From positions 3,305 to 67,304 of the IMG/VR virus record IMGVR_UViG_3300033068_001924: a DNA stretch of 64,000 bases, one strand, 5' to 3'. The translations under genes and the position numbers were made by a program. The DNA comes from a virus. Taxonomy: Duplodnaviria > Caudoviricetes. Below the pieces are notes generated by a model. The model did no database searches, was not told the origin of the DNA, and saw only the letters and a list, made by a program, of their open reading frames with translations. Each line of letters opens with the position of its first letter. Position 1 is the first letter of the stretch. Below, one piece after another: positions 36,756-45,267 of this stretch.

Positions 36756-37357
36756 GTGACGAACTCCAATTCGCTCTCAGCGATCGTGTCGAGAAGCACA
36801 CCGGCGAGGCGCGCTACACCGGCAAGGTGGTCAGCGTCTACGAGACCAGCAAGGGCGGCACCAGCTACGTCGTCGAGGTCGAGCCGCAGGGCTTCCAGAT
36901 GATCTGCACCGCCAGCATGCTGCGCCCGGCGCCACCAACCGAGCCGGCGGTGTTGACCTACACCAACTGGCGCGGTGAGACGGCGATGCGCACCATCACC
37001 CCGAAATACGTCTATTTTGGCTCGACGCCGTGGCACTCGGGGGAGGAGCAATGGCTTCTGGTCGCCTTCGACCACGACCGGCGGGGGGATCGGCATTTCG
37101 CGCTCAAGGATTTCGGCGCTACGCCCGCACCTGTGGCAGGCGGCTCCCTCACCTTGATCGCGGCGCATCTCCGCTACTGGATCGACCACAACACCAGCAA
37201 GCGCCGTCGTGCAGGGCTGGAATCAGATGACGACACGATGGTCATGGTGCCGCCGGCGTGGCCGACGCATGGCCAGCTCAAGAATTGGATTGCAGCTCTG
37301 GAAGCTCCCGCACAAATCGCTATTGCCATCAGGAGGAATGGAAATGAGCGAGATTAA
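36752..37357 (+). CDS. DfrB-like SH3 domain fused to a WYL-like domain
   Basis: F...DRV.K..G.A...G.VV..Y.T...Y.VE.E; then YTNWRGE...R.I.P...W...QWLL.AFD.DR...R.FAL. Confidence 0.6.
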   Translation: MSDELQFALSDRVEKHTGEARYTGKVVSVYETSKGGTSYVVEVEPQGFQMICTASMLRPAPPTEPAVLTYTNWRGETAMRTITPKYVYFGSTPWHSGEEQWLLVAFDHDRRGDRHFALKDFGATPAPVAGGSLTLIAAHLRYWIDHNTSKRRRAGLESDDDTMVMVPPAWPTHGQLKNWIAALEAPAQIAIAIRRNGNERD

Positions 37358-37601
37358 CGACGGCGGGCCTGCGTTCCCGTCCGAGGGCGAAGGTCACGGC
37401 AATCCGCACTATCACTCCCCCGGCATGTCGCTGCTCGATTATTTCGCGGGACAGGCTCTCGCGGGTTTGCTTGCGGCCGATGCCAAATACAACGGCAAGA
37501 CTGACGAGCGGGAACGGCTGGCAGGAGATGCCTACGGGCACGCTTACGCAATGATGAACGTCCGCGCCTCTCTCTCCAAAGCCACAGCACCGAAGGAGTA
37601 A
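37344..37601 (+). CDS. Conserved phage hypothetical protein
   Basis: INDGGPAFP...GMSL.DYFA.QAL.GL.A...AY..A.AM motif. Confidence 0.7.
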   Translation: MSEINDGGPAFPSEGEGHGNPHYHSPGMSLLDYFAGQALAGLLAADAKYNGKTDERERLAGDAYGHAYAMMNVRASLSKATAPKE

Positions 37602-37605
37602 GAGG

Positions 37606-37833
37606 ATGGTACACACGAACCTCTCCATAGAACGTCCCCGTTACGCTCGTGAAGCCTTGGAGATCGCCAAACTCCGCGCTGAGCTGGAATTCTGGATGCG
37701 ACACGCTGAGGGCCTTCAGGATGAGATCGAGAACATCCCGCGCGCAATCGAGAGGTATGGCCACATCGATATCAGCCACGAGGGCGGACGCCTGACGCTA
37801 ATCGCCAAACCTGAGGACCCCTCCGATGTCTGA
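37606..37833 (+). CDS. Hypothetical protein
   Basis: GAGG RBS. Confidence 0.55.
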   Translation: MVHTNLSIERPRYAREALEIAKLRAELEFWMRHAEGLQDEIENIPRAIERYGHIDISHEGGRLTLIAKPEDPSDV

Positions 37834-38269
37834 AGCACAACTAGAGCAGATCGCACCGTACTGTTATCTGCACATGCACCCAGAGCACCCGACCGAGGTT
37901 TGCGGCCCGCCGTTGACCGAGGGGGACAAACTCGCTGGCTGGACTGATCTCGCACTCTATACCGCCGAAGCTCTCGCCTCTGCCAAGGAAGAGGGAGCGC
38001 GCGAACCCTCAGACTATTTCGGCATACTGGTCGATCGGGCACGGGTGTCGGCCGAGAAAGCGTCGATCAAGTTCCCGCAGCCCAACTATGTCACTCTGAA
38101 GATTGCCGAGGAGGCCGGCGAGGTCGTGCGCGGAGCCGTCCACTACGCCGAAGGGCGTATGCCGTGGTCCGAGGTTGAGGGCGAGATCGTCCAGCTCCTC
38201 GCCATGCTGATACGGTTCGTCACCGAGGGCGATCGGGTCAACGGGGTGATCCCGCCGGAGGTGCCATGA
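37826..38269 (+). CDS. MazG-like all-alpha NTP pyrophosphohydrolase domain protein
   Basis: LKIAEEAGEVV...EGEI.QL.AM pattern. Confidence 0.55.
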   Translation: MSEAQLEQIAPYCYLHMHPEHPTEVCGPPLTEGDKLAGWTDLALYTAEALASAKEEGAREPSDYFGILVDRARVSAEKASIKFPQPNYVTLKIAEEAGEVVRGAVHYAEGRMPWSEVEGEIVQLLAMLIRFVTEGDRVNGVIPPEVP

Positions 38270-38448
38270 CCCGGCTGATCATCATCCTGATCGCCCTCGC
38301 TCTCACCGGCTGTGCTGCTGGCAGCGTCCTCGGCGGCGCTCTGTTGCTCCACAATGTCAGACAGTATCGCAATCCGACCTGCCCGCCAGATAAGACCATC
38401 CAGCGCGGCACCTATGCTGGCTTCTGCGATCGCCGGGATTTGCGGTGA
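38266..38448 (+). CDS. Small lipoprotein
   Basis: LALTGC lipobox after a hydrophobic signal. Confidence 0.65.
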   Translation: MTRLIIILIALALTGCAAGSVLGGALLLHNVRQYRNPTCPPDKTIQRGTYAGFCDRRDLR

Positions 38449-38684
38449 TGGGCGTCTCTCCCAAGGTCATGGCGCCCTGCCACCAATGTGGTGGCCCCAG
38501 CAAGGTCGACACCATTCGCGTCGCCAAGGGGGTGACCCAGCGCCTGCGTGAATGCAGCGATTGCGGCAACCGCTGGCTGACCCGAGAGGTTTATGTCCGC
38601 ACCCTGCTGCCTCGGGTCAAGGGCGTCGTGCTCGATGCCCGCGATGCCCCGGTGGTGCCCGTCCTAAAAAGGAAAGCCCGATGA
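38445..38684 (+). CDS. Zinc-ribbon protein (NrdR N-terminus-like)
   Basis: CxxC...SKV.DT...R.RECxxCG.RW.T.E. Confidence 0.65.
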   Translation: MMGVSPKVMAPCHQCGGPSKVDTIRVAKGVTQRLRECSDCGNRWLTREVYVRTLLPRVKGVVLDARDAPVVPVLKRKAR

Positions 38685-39145
38685 CCGAGAAGAAACCCGT
38701 CTACACCATCATCACCAAGTCAGGTCGGGCCGAGAACTGCAGCGAGAAGGGCTATCATGACATTCTCACCAGCATTGGCTACGGTAAGGGTGCCAAAGAC
38801 CTGCCGCATGCGCTGATGCGGGATGGTCTGGTAATCGTCCATGATGGGCTGATGGAGCTGGGGCTGGCCTATGTCGAGCAAGGCAGGCGCCTCCATGACG
38901 AGGCTGAGGCGGCGCGGGTGGCTCTATTCCCTGAACCTGACCCGGATGACGAATCCGATCATCATGAAGTCAACCAGCTGCTGATGGATGCTTTCAACCT
39001 CATCGATCCATGGGCGCGTTACCCGACCAATGATGCGGGCGCCTCTGACGAGAAGACCGTGCAGAGCAGTTTCACCTACGGCGAAGCCCGCAAGGCGCGG
39101 GCACTGTCACAGAAAATCCAGCGGATCCTCGCCGAGCGGCTGTAA
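38681..39145 (+). CDS. Hypothetical protein
   Basis: ATGA overlap, AAGGA RBS. Confidence 0.55.
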   Translation: MTEKKPVYTIITKSGRAENCSEKGYHDILTSIGYGKGAKDLPHALMRDGLVIVHDGLMELGLAYVEQGRRLHDEAEAARVALFPEPDPDDESDHHEVNQLLMDAFNLIDPWARYPTNDAGASDEKTVQSSFTYGEARKARALSQKIQRILAERL

Positions 39146-39159
39146 AAGCTGGGGACAGA

Positions 39160-39194
39160 CCATTCCGCTCTGACCCCGGGTTGCGGTAGATCGC
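39160..39194 (+). promoter_or_regulatory. Candidate late promoter upstream of the TerL operon
   Basis: CCATTCCGCTCTGAC-N10-GGTAGATCGC. Confidence 0.5.
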
Positions 39195-39237
39195 CGGGGA
39201 GGCGCTGGCGGCAAGGCCGGCGCGGGAGTGAGAGGAA

Positions 39238-39525
39238 ATGCCCGACAATCTCGTGTCGTTTCCCGGGACCAACGCGGCCGAGGTCGCGCCGGGCGTCCCC
39301 CGTCATGACATCGTCAATGCGCTCATCGACATCGCCATTCGCGCCGAGGCGGGCGAGATCGACGCGCTGGCGCTGGTCGCCTCGTACACCGAAGGTGGCG
39401 TCATGACCCTGCTGTCGACGCCGCAGCACGGCTATTATGGCCTGCTCGGCGGCTTGGCCGAGCTGACCCATGAGATCATTCGGGCATCGCAGGCTACTCC
39501 CGGGCCACGACTCACGGAATACTGA
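39238..39525 (+). CDS. Hypothetical protein
   Basis: GAGGA RBS; TGATG coupling to TerL. Confidence 0.6.
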   Translation: MPDNLVSFPGTNAAEVAPGVPRHDIVNALIDIAIRAEAGEIDALALVASYTEGGVMTLLSTPQHGYYGLLGGLAELTHEIIRASQATPGPRLTEY

Positions 39526-41066
39526 TGTCGGACCTGCGGCGGGCCGGCATCGGCGACAATGGTGGTCCAGCATGGACGCCCGACGAGCTGCGCGGGCTGG
39601 AGACGCTCGATCGCGCCTATTGGCGCTGGCAGTTCGAGTGGCTGCTGACCCGGCGCTGGAATCAGGTCGAGCCCAAGGGCGACGAGTGGGGTATCTGGAA
39701 CATTCTTGCCGGGCGCGGCTTCGGCAAGACCCGAGTCGGCGCCGAGACCTTGGGCAACTGGGCGGTTCTCAACCCCGACACCCGCTGGCTCGTCTCGGCG
39801 CCGACCTTCAACGACTTGCGCACGGTATGCTTCGAGGGCGAATCCGGGTTGCTGGCGGTGCTGCCGCCGGAGCTGATCGCCAACTACAACAAGGGCACAC
39901 TCGAACTGACGGTCAATTGCCTCGAAGGCGGGACATCTTTAATCAAAGGCATCTCATCGGAAGAACCGGAAAGGTTTCGTGGGCCGCAATTCCATGGCGG
40001 CTGGCTCGATGAGCTGGCGGCGTGGAAGTATTTGCAGGCGGCATGGGACATGATTGCTTTTGGAATGCGCCTTGGTGACAATCCAAGACTGATCACCACC
40101 ACGACGCCGCGACCGAAACCTTTGATCACCGCGCTCTACAAGAACAAGCTGTCGGTGCCGGTGGTGACGACGCATGGCTCCTCGCGCGAGAATTTCGCCA
40201 ACCTCGCCCCGACCTTCCGTCGCACCCTGATGCAATACGAGGGCACCTCGCTTGGCAAGCAGGAGATCGACGGCATCATCCTCGATGCCGAAGAGGGTGG
40301 CGTGATCAAGCGCAGCTGGTTCTCGCTCTGGCCGCACGACATGCCGCTGCCGGCCTTCGACGAGATCGTGCTGTCGCTCGATACGGCCTTCACCGAGGAG
40401 ACCCGTGACAAGAAAACCGGCGATGCCGACCCCACCGCCTGCACCGTCTGGGGGGTGTGGACCTCGAATCCGATCGGCAACAAGGGGCCGAAGCGCATCT
40501 CGGCGATGCTGCTCGATTGCTGGGATGAGCGTCTCAGTTTCCCGCAGCTGCTCACCGCCCTGCGGCGCGATCTCAAGGTGAAGTACGGTGGCGCCGATCA
40601 GAAGCCGATGTTCGAGCCGCTCGAAGGCCCGCCCAACGTCGAATGGGCCGGGCGCAAGGTTTCGACGGTGATCATCGAGAACAAGGGTTCCGGCATTTCG
40701 CTGCGGCAGGTCATCGAGGCCGAGGGCATCTACGCCTACCGCTACAATCCCGGCAATGCCGACAAGCTGACCCGCCTTAATCTTGTCTCGCACATCGCCG
40801 CCGCCGGTGCGGTCTACCTGCTCGAATCGGAGAATATGGAGAAACAGCCCAAGAGCTGGTACAACGATTTTCTGGCGCAGGTCTGTGCTTATTCCGGCAA
40901 GGGCTCGACCCAGCATGACGATTACGTCGATTCGTTTAGTCAGGCCCTGCGCTATATTGCCGACACATGGGGCATCAACACCCTGCCGGTGAAGAAAAAG
41001 GACGATCGGCTGGAAGAGGATTTGCCCGAGGACCGGCCGCGCCGGAGCAACCCCTATAGCCGCTGA
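39525..41066 (+). CDS. terL: Terminase large subunit
   Basis: AGRGFGKT (Walker A), FRGPQF..GWLDE (Walker B), TTTP, SLDTA, HDDYVDSFSQAL nuclease motifs. Confidence 0.92.
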   Translation: MSDLRRAGIGDNGGPAWTPDELRGLETLDRAYWRWQFEWLLTRRWNQVEPKGDEWGIWNILAGRGFGKTRVGAETLGNWAVLNPDTRWLVSAPTFNDLRTVCFEGESGLLAVLPPELIANYNKGTLELTVNCLEGGTSLIKGISSEEPERFRGPQFHGGWLDELAAWKYLQAAWDMIAFGMRLGDNPRLITTTTPRPKPLITALYKNKLSVPVVTTHGSSRENFANLAPTFRRTLMQYEGTSLGKQEIDGIILDAEEGGVIKRSWFSLWPHDMPLPAFDEIVLSLDTAFTEETRDKKTGDADPTACTVWGVWTSNPIGNKGPKRISAMLLDCWDERLSFPQLLTALRRDLKVKYGGADQKPMFEPLEGPPNVEWAGRKVSTVIIENKGSGISLRQVIEAEGIYAYRYNPGNADKLTRLNLVSHIAAAGAVYLLESENMEKQPKSWYNDFLAQVCAYSGKGSTQHDDYVDSFSQALRYIADTWGINTLPVKKKDDRLEEDLPEDRPRRSNPYSR

Positions 41067-41151
41067 TATCCACAGCTTCTTGTGCACCGAGCCATGGCCA
41101 GAGGCCACAAAAGCGGGCACATTCGGGCCTCTCTCAGCCAAGGGGTCCATC

Positions 41152-41484
41152 ATGATCGTCTACCAGCGGAATGCCAAGGTCGAGGCATTCCAGATCACGC
41201 AGCCGGAGGATACGGATGCGCTGATTCAGCATACCCGCGAGCTGTGCGAGTTTTCCGGCAAGCACCAGCTGCAGGTCACCTTCCCGGCGCCGGGCGCGTC
41301 GACCTTCGAGGTCGGCTCGATCTACAGCACCAGCCGGGCGACCGGCAATCTCGGCGACTGGATCGTTGTCGGCAGCGATGCCCGTATTTACTCACCGATC
41401 GAGTTCGCCGCCGAATTCAGCCTTGAGGACCCGACGGCCTTCGACAAGGCCGGGGCAGCGCTCGACAGCGCGAGGACGCCATAA
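41152..41484 (+). CDS. Hypothetical protein
   Basis: AAGGGG RBS; V.A.Q...GDWIV...F..EF pattern. Confidence 0.55.
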   Translation: MIVYQRNAKVEAFQITQPEDTDALIQHTRELCEFSGKHQLQVTFPAPGASTFEVGSIYSTSRATGNLGDWIVVGSDARIYSPIEFAAEFSLEDPTAFDKAGAALDSARTP

Positions 41485-41691
41485 ATGGTCTGGCACATCC
41501 CGACCGGGCTGGTCTCCTACGCCCTGCGCCTCGCTTTCGGGTCGCAGAAGCCGCTGCACCCGGTTTATCGCCCGCCCGAAAACACCATTGCCGAGCGGAT
41601 CGTGCCGCAGCCGCGCGGCACCCGTGAGCGCGCCCGCCGGCGCAAGCAGATGGCCAAGATCGCCGCCAGACGGCTGGAGGAATCCCGTTGA
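41485..41691 (+). CDS. Small basic hypothetical protein
   Basis: Starts immediately after the upstream stop. Confidence 0.4.
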   Translation: MVWHIPTGLVSYALRLAFGSQKPLHPVYRPPENTIAERIVPQPRGTRERARRRKQMAKIAARRLEESR

Positions 41692-42149
41692 CTGATACCC
41701 CTGACACCCCAAGCCCCCTTGCTGTCGACCTCAGCAGCCTCAGCGATGAGGAGGTTACCGCCCTCAATGATCTCCTGCAGGACGGCCCAACCGCTGCCGA
41801 GGTGGCGGATCAGGTCGCGGTTCCGGCTGATCGCGAGCCGTCGCAAAAGCCCGGTCTGACCGAGTGGCATCAGCGCAGCCTGCACCGCGAGAAGGCCGAG
41901 GCGCTGGTGCCGGCAGAGCGGCTCGGGCCAGCCAGACACCGCCCCAACATCAATCCGGTGATACCCGGCCGCATCGTGATGTTCTTTCCCTCGTCAACGG
42001 CCGCGCCGATGGTCGCCATGATCACCCATGTCTACGGCGATGATGACCGCGTCGACCTGACGGTGTTCCGCCGGGGTGATGTCCCGACCTATGCCGACAA
42101 TGTGCCGCGCGGGCAGAAGCACGACCGCTGCTGGGTTTTCCCGGGATGA
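41688..42149 (+). CDS. Hypothetical protein
   Basis: GGAGGA RBS, TTG start; P.PGRIV.F...A.IT.V...V.L.VF motif. Confidence 0.55.
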   Translation: MTDTPDTPSPLAVDLSSLSDEEVTALNDLLQDGPTAAEVADQVAVPADREPSQKPGLTEWHQRSLHREKAEALVPAERLGPARHRPNINPVIPGRIVMFFPSSTAAPMVAMITHVYGDDDRVDLTVFRRGDVPTYADNVPRGQKHDRCWVFPG

Positions 42150-42655
42150 GTGTGCACAACGCCACGCCGCCCGAGGTGGTGGCCAAGATTCGCGCCGACC
42201 GTCAGCAGCGTCACCCCGCCATCGAGATCGCCGATCGCTATGATGTCAGCGTCTCGACGGTGTGGCGGCTGACCCGCGATCTTGCCATCAACCGCAGTCT
42301 CCGCATCCCGCCGCAGCGGCTGAAAAAGATGTATGCCCTGCATATACAAGGCATGCGCCAGCGTGACATCGCCAAGGCGACCGGCCTGCGGCCCTGTCTC
42401 GTCAGCCGCTATCTTGGCGGTCACCACCCGCCGCCGATGACCAGCGTCGAAATCGAGGCGGCCGTGGCGTTATGGCGGAAGGGCTGGAGCCGCAAGGCGA
42501 TTGCCGCCGAACTCGGCCACACCCGCTCGCGCATCGAGCGCGCCACCACCGGCATTGCGCGCCTGCCGCTCGCCGATCGACCAGCACCACCGGCGCCGCC
42601 GCGCCCGGTCATGGCGCTGCCACCCGAAGCCATTCCCAGTCGAAAGAGAGCCTGA
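42146..42655 (+). CDS. Multi-HTH DNA-binding protein
   Basis: Three HTH-like segments: EIADRYDVSVSTVWR, RDIAKATGL...VSRYL, KAIAAELGHTRS.I. Confidence 0.65.
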   Translation: MSVHNATPPEVVAKIRADRQQRHPAIEIADRYDVSVSTVWRLTRDLAINRSLRIPPQRLKKMYALHIQGMRQRDIAKATGLRPCLVSRYLGGHHPPPMTSVEIEAAVALWRKGWSRKAIAAELGHTRSRIERATTGIARLPLADRPAPPAPPRPVMALPPEAIPSRKRA

Positions 42656-42658
42656 ATC

Positions 42659-42994
42659 ATGCCTATTAAGCATAAGCGCCCGATGATCTCGACCGAACGC
42701 GCCAACGACATCCTGCAGCTCGCTCCCGGGGAGCGTGTCACCGAGGTCACCATAGCGGCGCGGATCAGGGATACCCAGTACTGGCACCCGCCCGGCACCA
42801 CGCTGACGGTCTGCTGTCTGACCTTCGATAACGGCTACACCACGCTCGGCGAGGCCGGTTGTGCCGACCCGCAGAATTTTGACAGCGACGTCGGCCAGCG
42901 CTTTGCCTATGACGCGGCGATCCGCAGGGCATGGCCGCTGTTCGGTTTTCTGCTCTCCGAGGACCTGCACCGGCGGCGCAATACGCCTGTGTGA
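42659..42994 (+). CDS. Phage Gp49/66-family protein
   Basis: TLTVCCL...NGY...GEAGC.DP.NFD..VG...AY..A....W.L.GFLL signature. Confidence 0.8.
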   Translation: MPIKHKRPMISTERANDILQLAPGERVTEVTIAARIRDTQYWHPPGTTLTVCCLTFDNGYTTLGEAGCADPQNFDSDVGQRFAYDAAIRRAWPLFGFLLSEDLHRRRNTPV

Positions 42995-42997
42995 AAC

Positions 42998-43050
42998 TGT
43001 GGCCGTGCGCCACAAACCATTTGACAAGGTGCGCTGGCGCACACCAGACT
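42998..43050 (+). promoter_or_regulatory. Operator upstream of a sigma70 promoter
   Basis: TGTGGC-CGTGC-GCCACA (42998-43014); TTGACA(43021)-18 nt-CAGACT. Confidence 0.7.
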
Positions 43051-43087
43051 AAGGTTCGATTCGCACATCCAAAGAGGGGTCTTTACC

Positions 43088-43561
43088 GTGCCGGCATCAT
43101 TCACCAAGCATCTCAACAGCAAGACGTCGTCCGACATCGCCGACGAGCTGCGTGATCATTACCTGTTTCGTTCGGAATCGGGTTATCACGCCTATCACGA
43201 CCCGCTGATGACGGACAAGCTCGCCGGCGAGCAGATCAGCAACAAGCTGGAGCTGGACACCATCGCCAGTGCGCCGCAGATCGCTCGCATCCGGCGCGAG
43301 TGGAAATGGCACTTCGCACCCAAGGAAGCCGTCAGGGCAGCCCCGGATGCGACTTCCGACGATCCGCGCAAGCTGATCACCGACCTGACGCTGGAGGTCG
43401 GCCGCCAGCAGCAGACGCTCAACACCCTGCTCAAGGAGATCGGCGAGAGCAATGCCCGCATGGTGGCGCTGGAGAACCGGATCGAGCAGCTGATCGCCGA
43501 CCGGCCGCGCCAGCAGCAGCTGGCCTTGGTGCATCCGGGGCCGGCCCATGCGCAAGTTTGA
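43088..43561 (+). CDS. Hypothetical protein with C-terminal coiled coil
   Basis: GAGGGGTCT RBS, GTG start. Confidence 0.65.
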   Translation: MPASFTKHLNSKTSSDIADELRDHYLFRSESGYHAYHDPLMTDKLAGEQISNKLELDTIASAPQIARIRREWKWHFAPKEAVRAAPDATSDDPRKLITDLTLEVGRQQQTLNTLLKEIGESNARMVALENRIEQLIADRPRQQQLALVHPGPAHAQV

Positions 43562-43655
43562 CCGCACCGACGCGAAGGTCGCTTCGGCGATCCTGATCTT
43601 GGCGTTGGCGATGCCGTTCATCATCGCCGGGCTGTTTGCGGTGTTCGCGCCATGA
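43548..43655 (+). CDS. 35-aa membrane peptide (not in the ORF track)
   Basis: MRKFDRTDAKVASAILILALAMPFIIAGLFAVFAP; ATGA overlap with the next gene. Confidence 0.4.
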   Translation: MRKFDRTDAKVASAILILALAMPFIIAGLFAVFAP

Positions 43656-44095
43656 AAACGCTGCTCCCGAGCGCTCCCAAAAACGCCTCGTCGCAGTCAA
43701 GGCTGCGCTATGTCGACAACGAGGGTTACGATCGCATCCCGGCTGGCATGGCCGGGCTGCCGGGCTCCTGCCCTGATGTCAACCAGACCTGCCGCACCTG
43801 TGCCTTCTGGGGCGGCAACACCACCATGCAGCTGGTGCCGGGAATGCCGGCCAAGCAGGTTGTCAACCACACCCGGCGACGCTGGGCCGGGACGGCACCG
43901 ATGGCGCAGGCCTGTGGCAAATATCGCCTGCTCCGGCGCCAGCAGGCCTTGGCCGAGGATTCCTCGCGTCGGGTGCCGGCCGAGACCCCAGCCTGCCGCT
44001 ATTTCGAGGCGTATGACAACCCGCAGCCGAAGGTGCGGCCACCGAAGGTTAAGCGTCAGGCCAAGCCAAAACGCAAGCGGCGCGCGTCGGGGTAG
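43652..44095 (+). CDS. Cys-containing hypothetical protein
   Basis: TCRTC.FW...C.KY...C.YFE pattern. Confidence 0.55.
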   Translation: MKTLLPSAPKNASSQSRLRYVDNEGYDRIPAGMAGLPGSCPDVNQTCRTCAFWGGNTTMQLVPGMPAKQVVNHTRRRWAGTAPMAQACGKYRLLRRQQALAEDSSRRVPAETPACRYFEAYDNPQPKVRPPKVKRQAKPKRKRRASG

Positions 44096-44104
44096 GGGTG
44101 TGAA

Positions 44105-44177
44105 GCGGGCTCTGGCTGCCGAGGGGTCGGGACACCAGAGCCCGCAAGGTCGACCCATCCTGTGCACGGGGTGGGTC
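44105..44177. other. Two strong adjacent hairpins
   Basis: GCGGGCTCTGG/CCAGAGCCCGC (44105-44145); GACCCATCCTG/CGGGGTGGGTC (44152-44177). Confidence 0.6.
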
Positions 44178-44372
44178 TGTGCCGACATCGACAGGTGAGG
44201 GGGTGATCACCCGTCGAACGCATCAACCTCTCTACGGGACCATAGGTTCCATTGAAAAACAAGGGCTTTTTCGGATTAACCCGGGTCATAGGCCTCCTGT
44301 CCTGACAGATGGGCGAACTATCCCCGGTTATGCTAGAACGCAGGAGGGCAACGACGGTTTGGTGGCAGATTG

Positions 44373-44741
44373 ATGACGGACAAACTCTCGCAGCATGGCC
44401 TTGCGGCACGCTCGCCGGCATATCGCCGCAAGATTTCCCGCCTCGGCGGCCACGCCGTACCGCGTGAGAAGCGCGCCTTTGCCCGCGATCGCGAGCTGGC
44501 CCGGGTGGCAGGCCAGAAGGGCGGCTTCCGCCGCCGCGAGGCCAATGCCAAGGATGCCGAGCTGCTCAAGCTGGCCCTGATCGAGCCGTTGACGATCCCG
44601 CACGACGCCAGTGGCCGCATGAAGGCCCGCATCCAGCGCCTGCTCAAGCTGGATTACATTATCGCCGCGCCGGCGATCAGCCAGCGCAGTGACCGCTACA
44701 GGATCACGGAAGCCGGACGGGGGTTTCTCGCCGGATTGTAA
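44373..44741 (+). CDS. KGG-repeat general-stress-protein-like domain with C-terminal extension
   Basis: GLAA.SP...R.I...GG..VP.EKRAF..DRELA..AG.KGG. Confidence 0.7.
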   Translation: MTDKLSQHGLAARSPAYRRKISRLGGHAVPREKRAFARDRELARVAGQKGGFRRREANAKDAELLKLALIEPLTIPHDASGRMKARIQRLLKLDYIIAAPAISQRSDRYRITEAGRGFLAGL

Positions 44742-44758
44742 GCCCGGGGGAGGGCGTT

Positions 44759-45127
44759 ATGGCGCGATGGGGATGGAGAGCGTTAAAGGCGGTCGCGGCG
44801 GCCGTGATCGGGGTGCTGCTGGGCTGGATCATCGCCGCCGGCATCGGAGTCGCTGCCGCGCACGAGTTCTATAGCGGCGCCTGCTGCAATGAGACCGACT
44901 GCAAGCCCTATCTCGGCACGGTCGAGATCACCCGAAATGGTTTCTGGGTGCCGGAATTCGGCGCCATGATCCCCTTCCGAACTGCCGCCAACCCGGTCTA
45001 CGATGCCCGCAAGGACGGCGCCCGCTATGACATGCCGGGCGATGACCCCTACACCTATCACCTGTGCGAGCTGCCATGGAAGCGCGGCATCATCCGCTGC
45101 TTCTATGCCAAGCTCGGCGGGGTCTGA
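44759..45127 (+). CDS. Secreted Cys-rich hypothetical protein
   Basis: Signal peptide, AH..Y...CC...DC, H.C...CF motif. Confidence 0.6.
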   Translation: MARWGWRALKAVAAAVIGVLLGWIIAAGIGVAAAHEFYSGACCNETDCKPYLGTVEITRNGFWVPEFGAMIPFRTAANPVYDARKDGARYDMPGDDPYTYHLCELPWKRGIIRCFYAKLGGV

Positions 45128-45211
45128 GACAGCCGCTCCCACGGGGCTACGGGGAACGGGCGCGGCCGGTTGAGGCCCTGATGCCATAACGGAGCATCGG
45201 GGCCTCGCTGC

Positions 45212-45246
45212 CTCTGGCGAACGCTCCCGCCGATCGGGTATAAGCG
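45212..45246 (+). promoter_or_regulatory. Candidate late promoter upstream of the polyvalent protein
   Basis: TCCCGCCGATCGG-GT-ATAAG shared with 63357-63376. Confidence 0.45.
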
Positions 45247-45267
45247 GGGCGTAGCAGGGGGCGCGGC

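Noticed and set aside
41066-41074. DnaA-box-like ATATCCACA (also at 59259)
   Set aside because: Only two isolated 8/9 matches, one inside a probable CDS; compatible with chance
41094-41108. Full promoter cassette downstream of TerL
   Set aside because: The operator has one mismatch and there is no -35 at the expected position; counted only as a weak site
13205-43050. Promoter cassettes read as CRISPR repeats or att sites
   Set aside because: They are dispersed over 30 kb, carry -35/-10 boxes and sit before gene starts; no integrase is present
45097-45127. YAKLGG at the end of the secreted protein as another GG tag
   Set aside because: It has an extra residue and the protein carries a signal peptide; not counted
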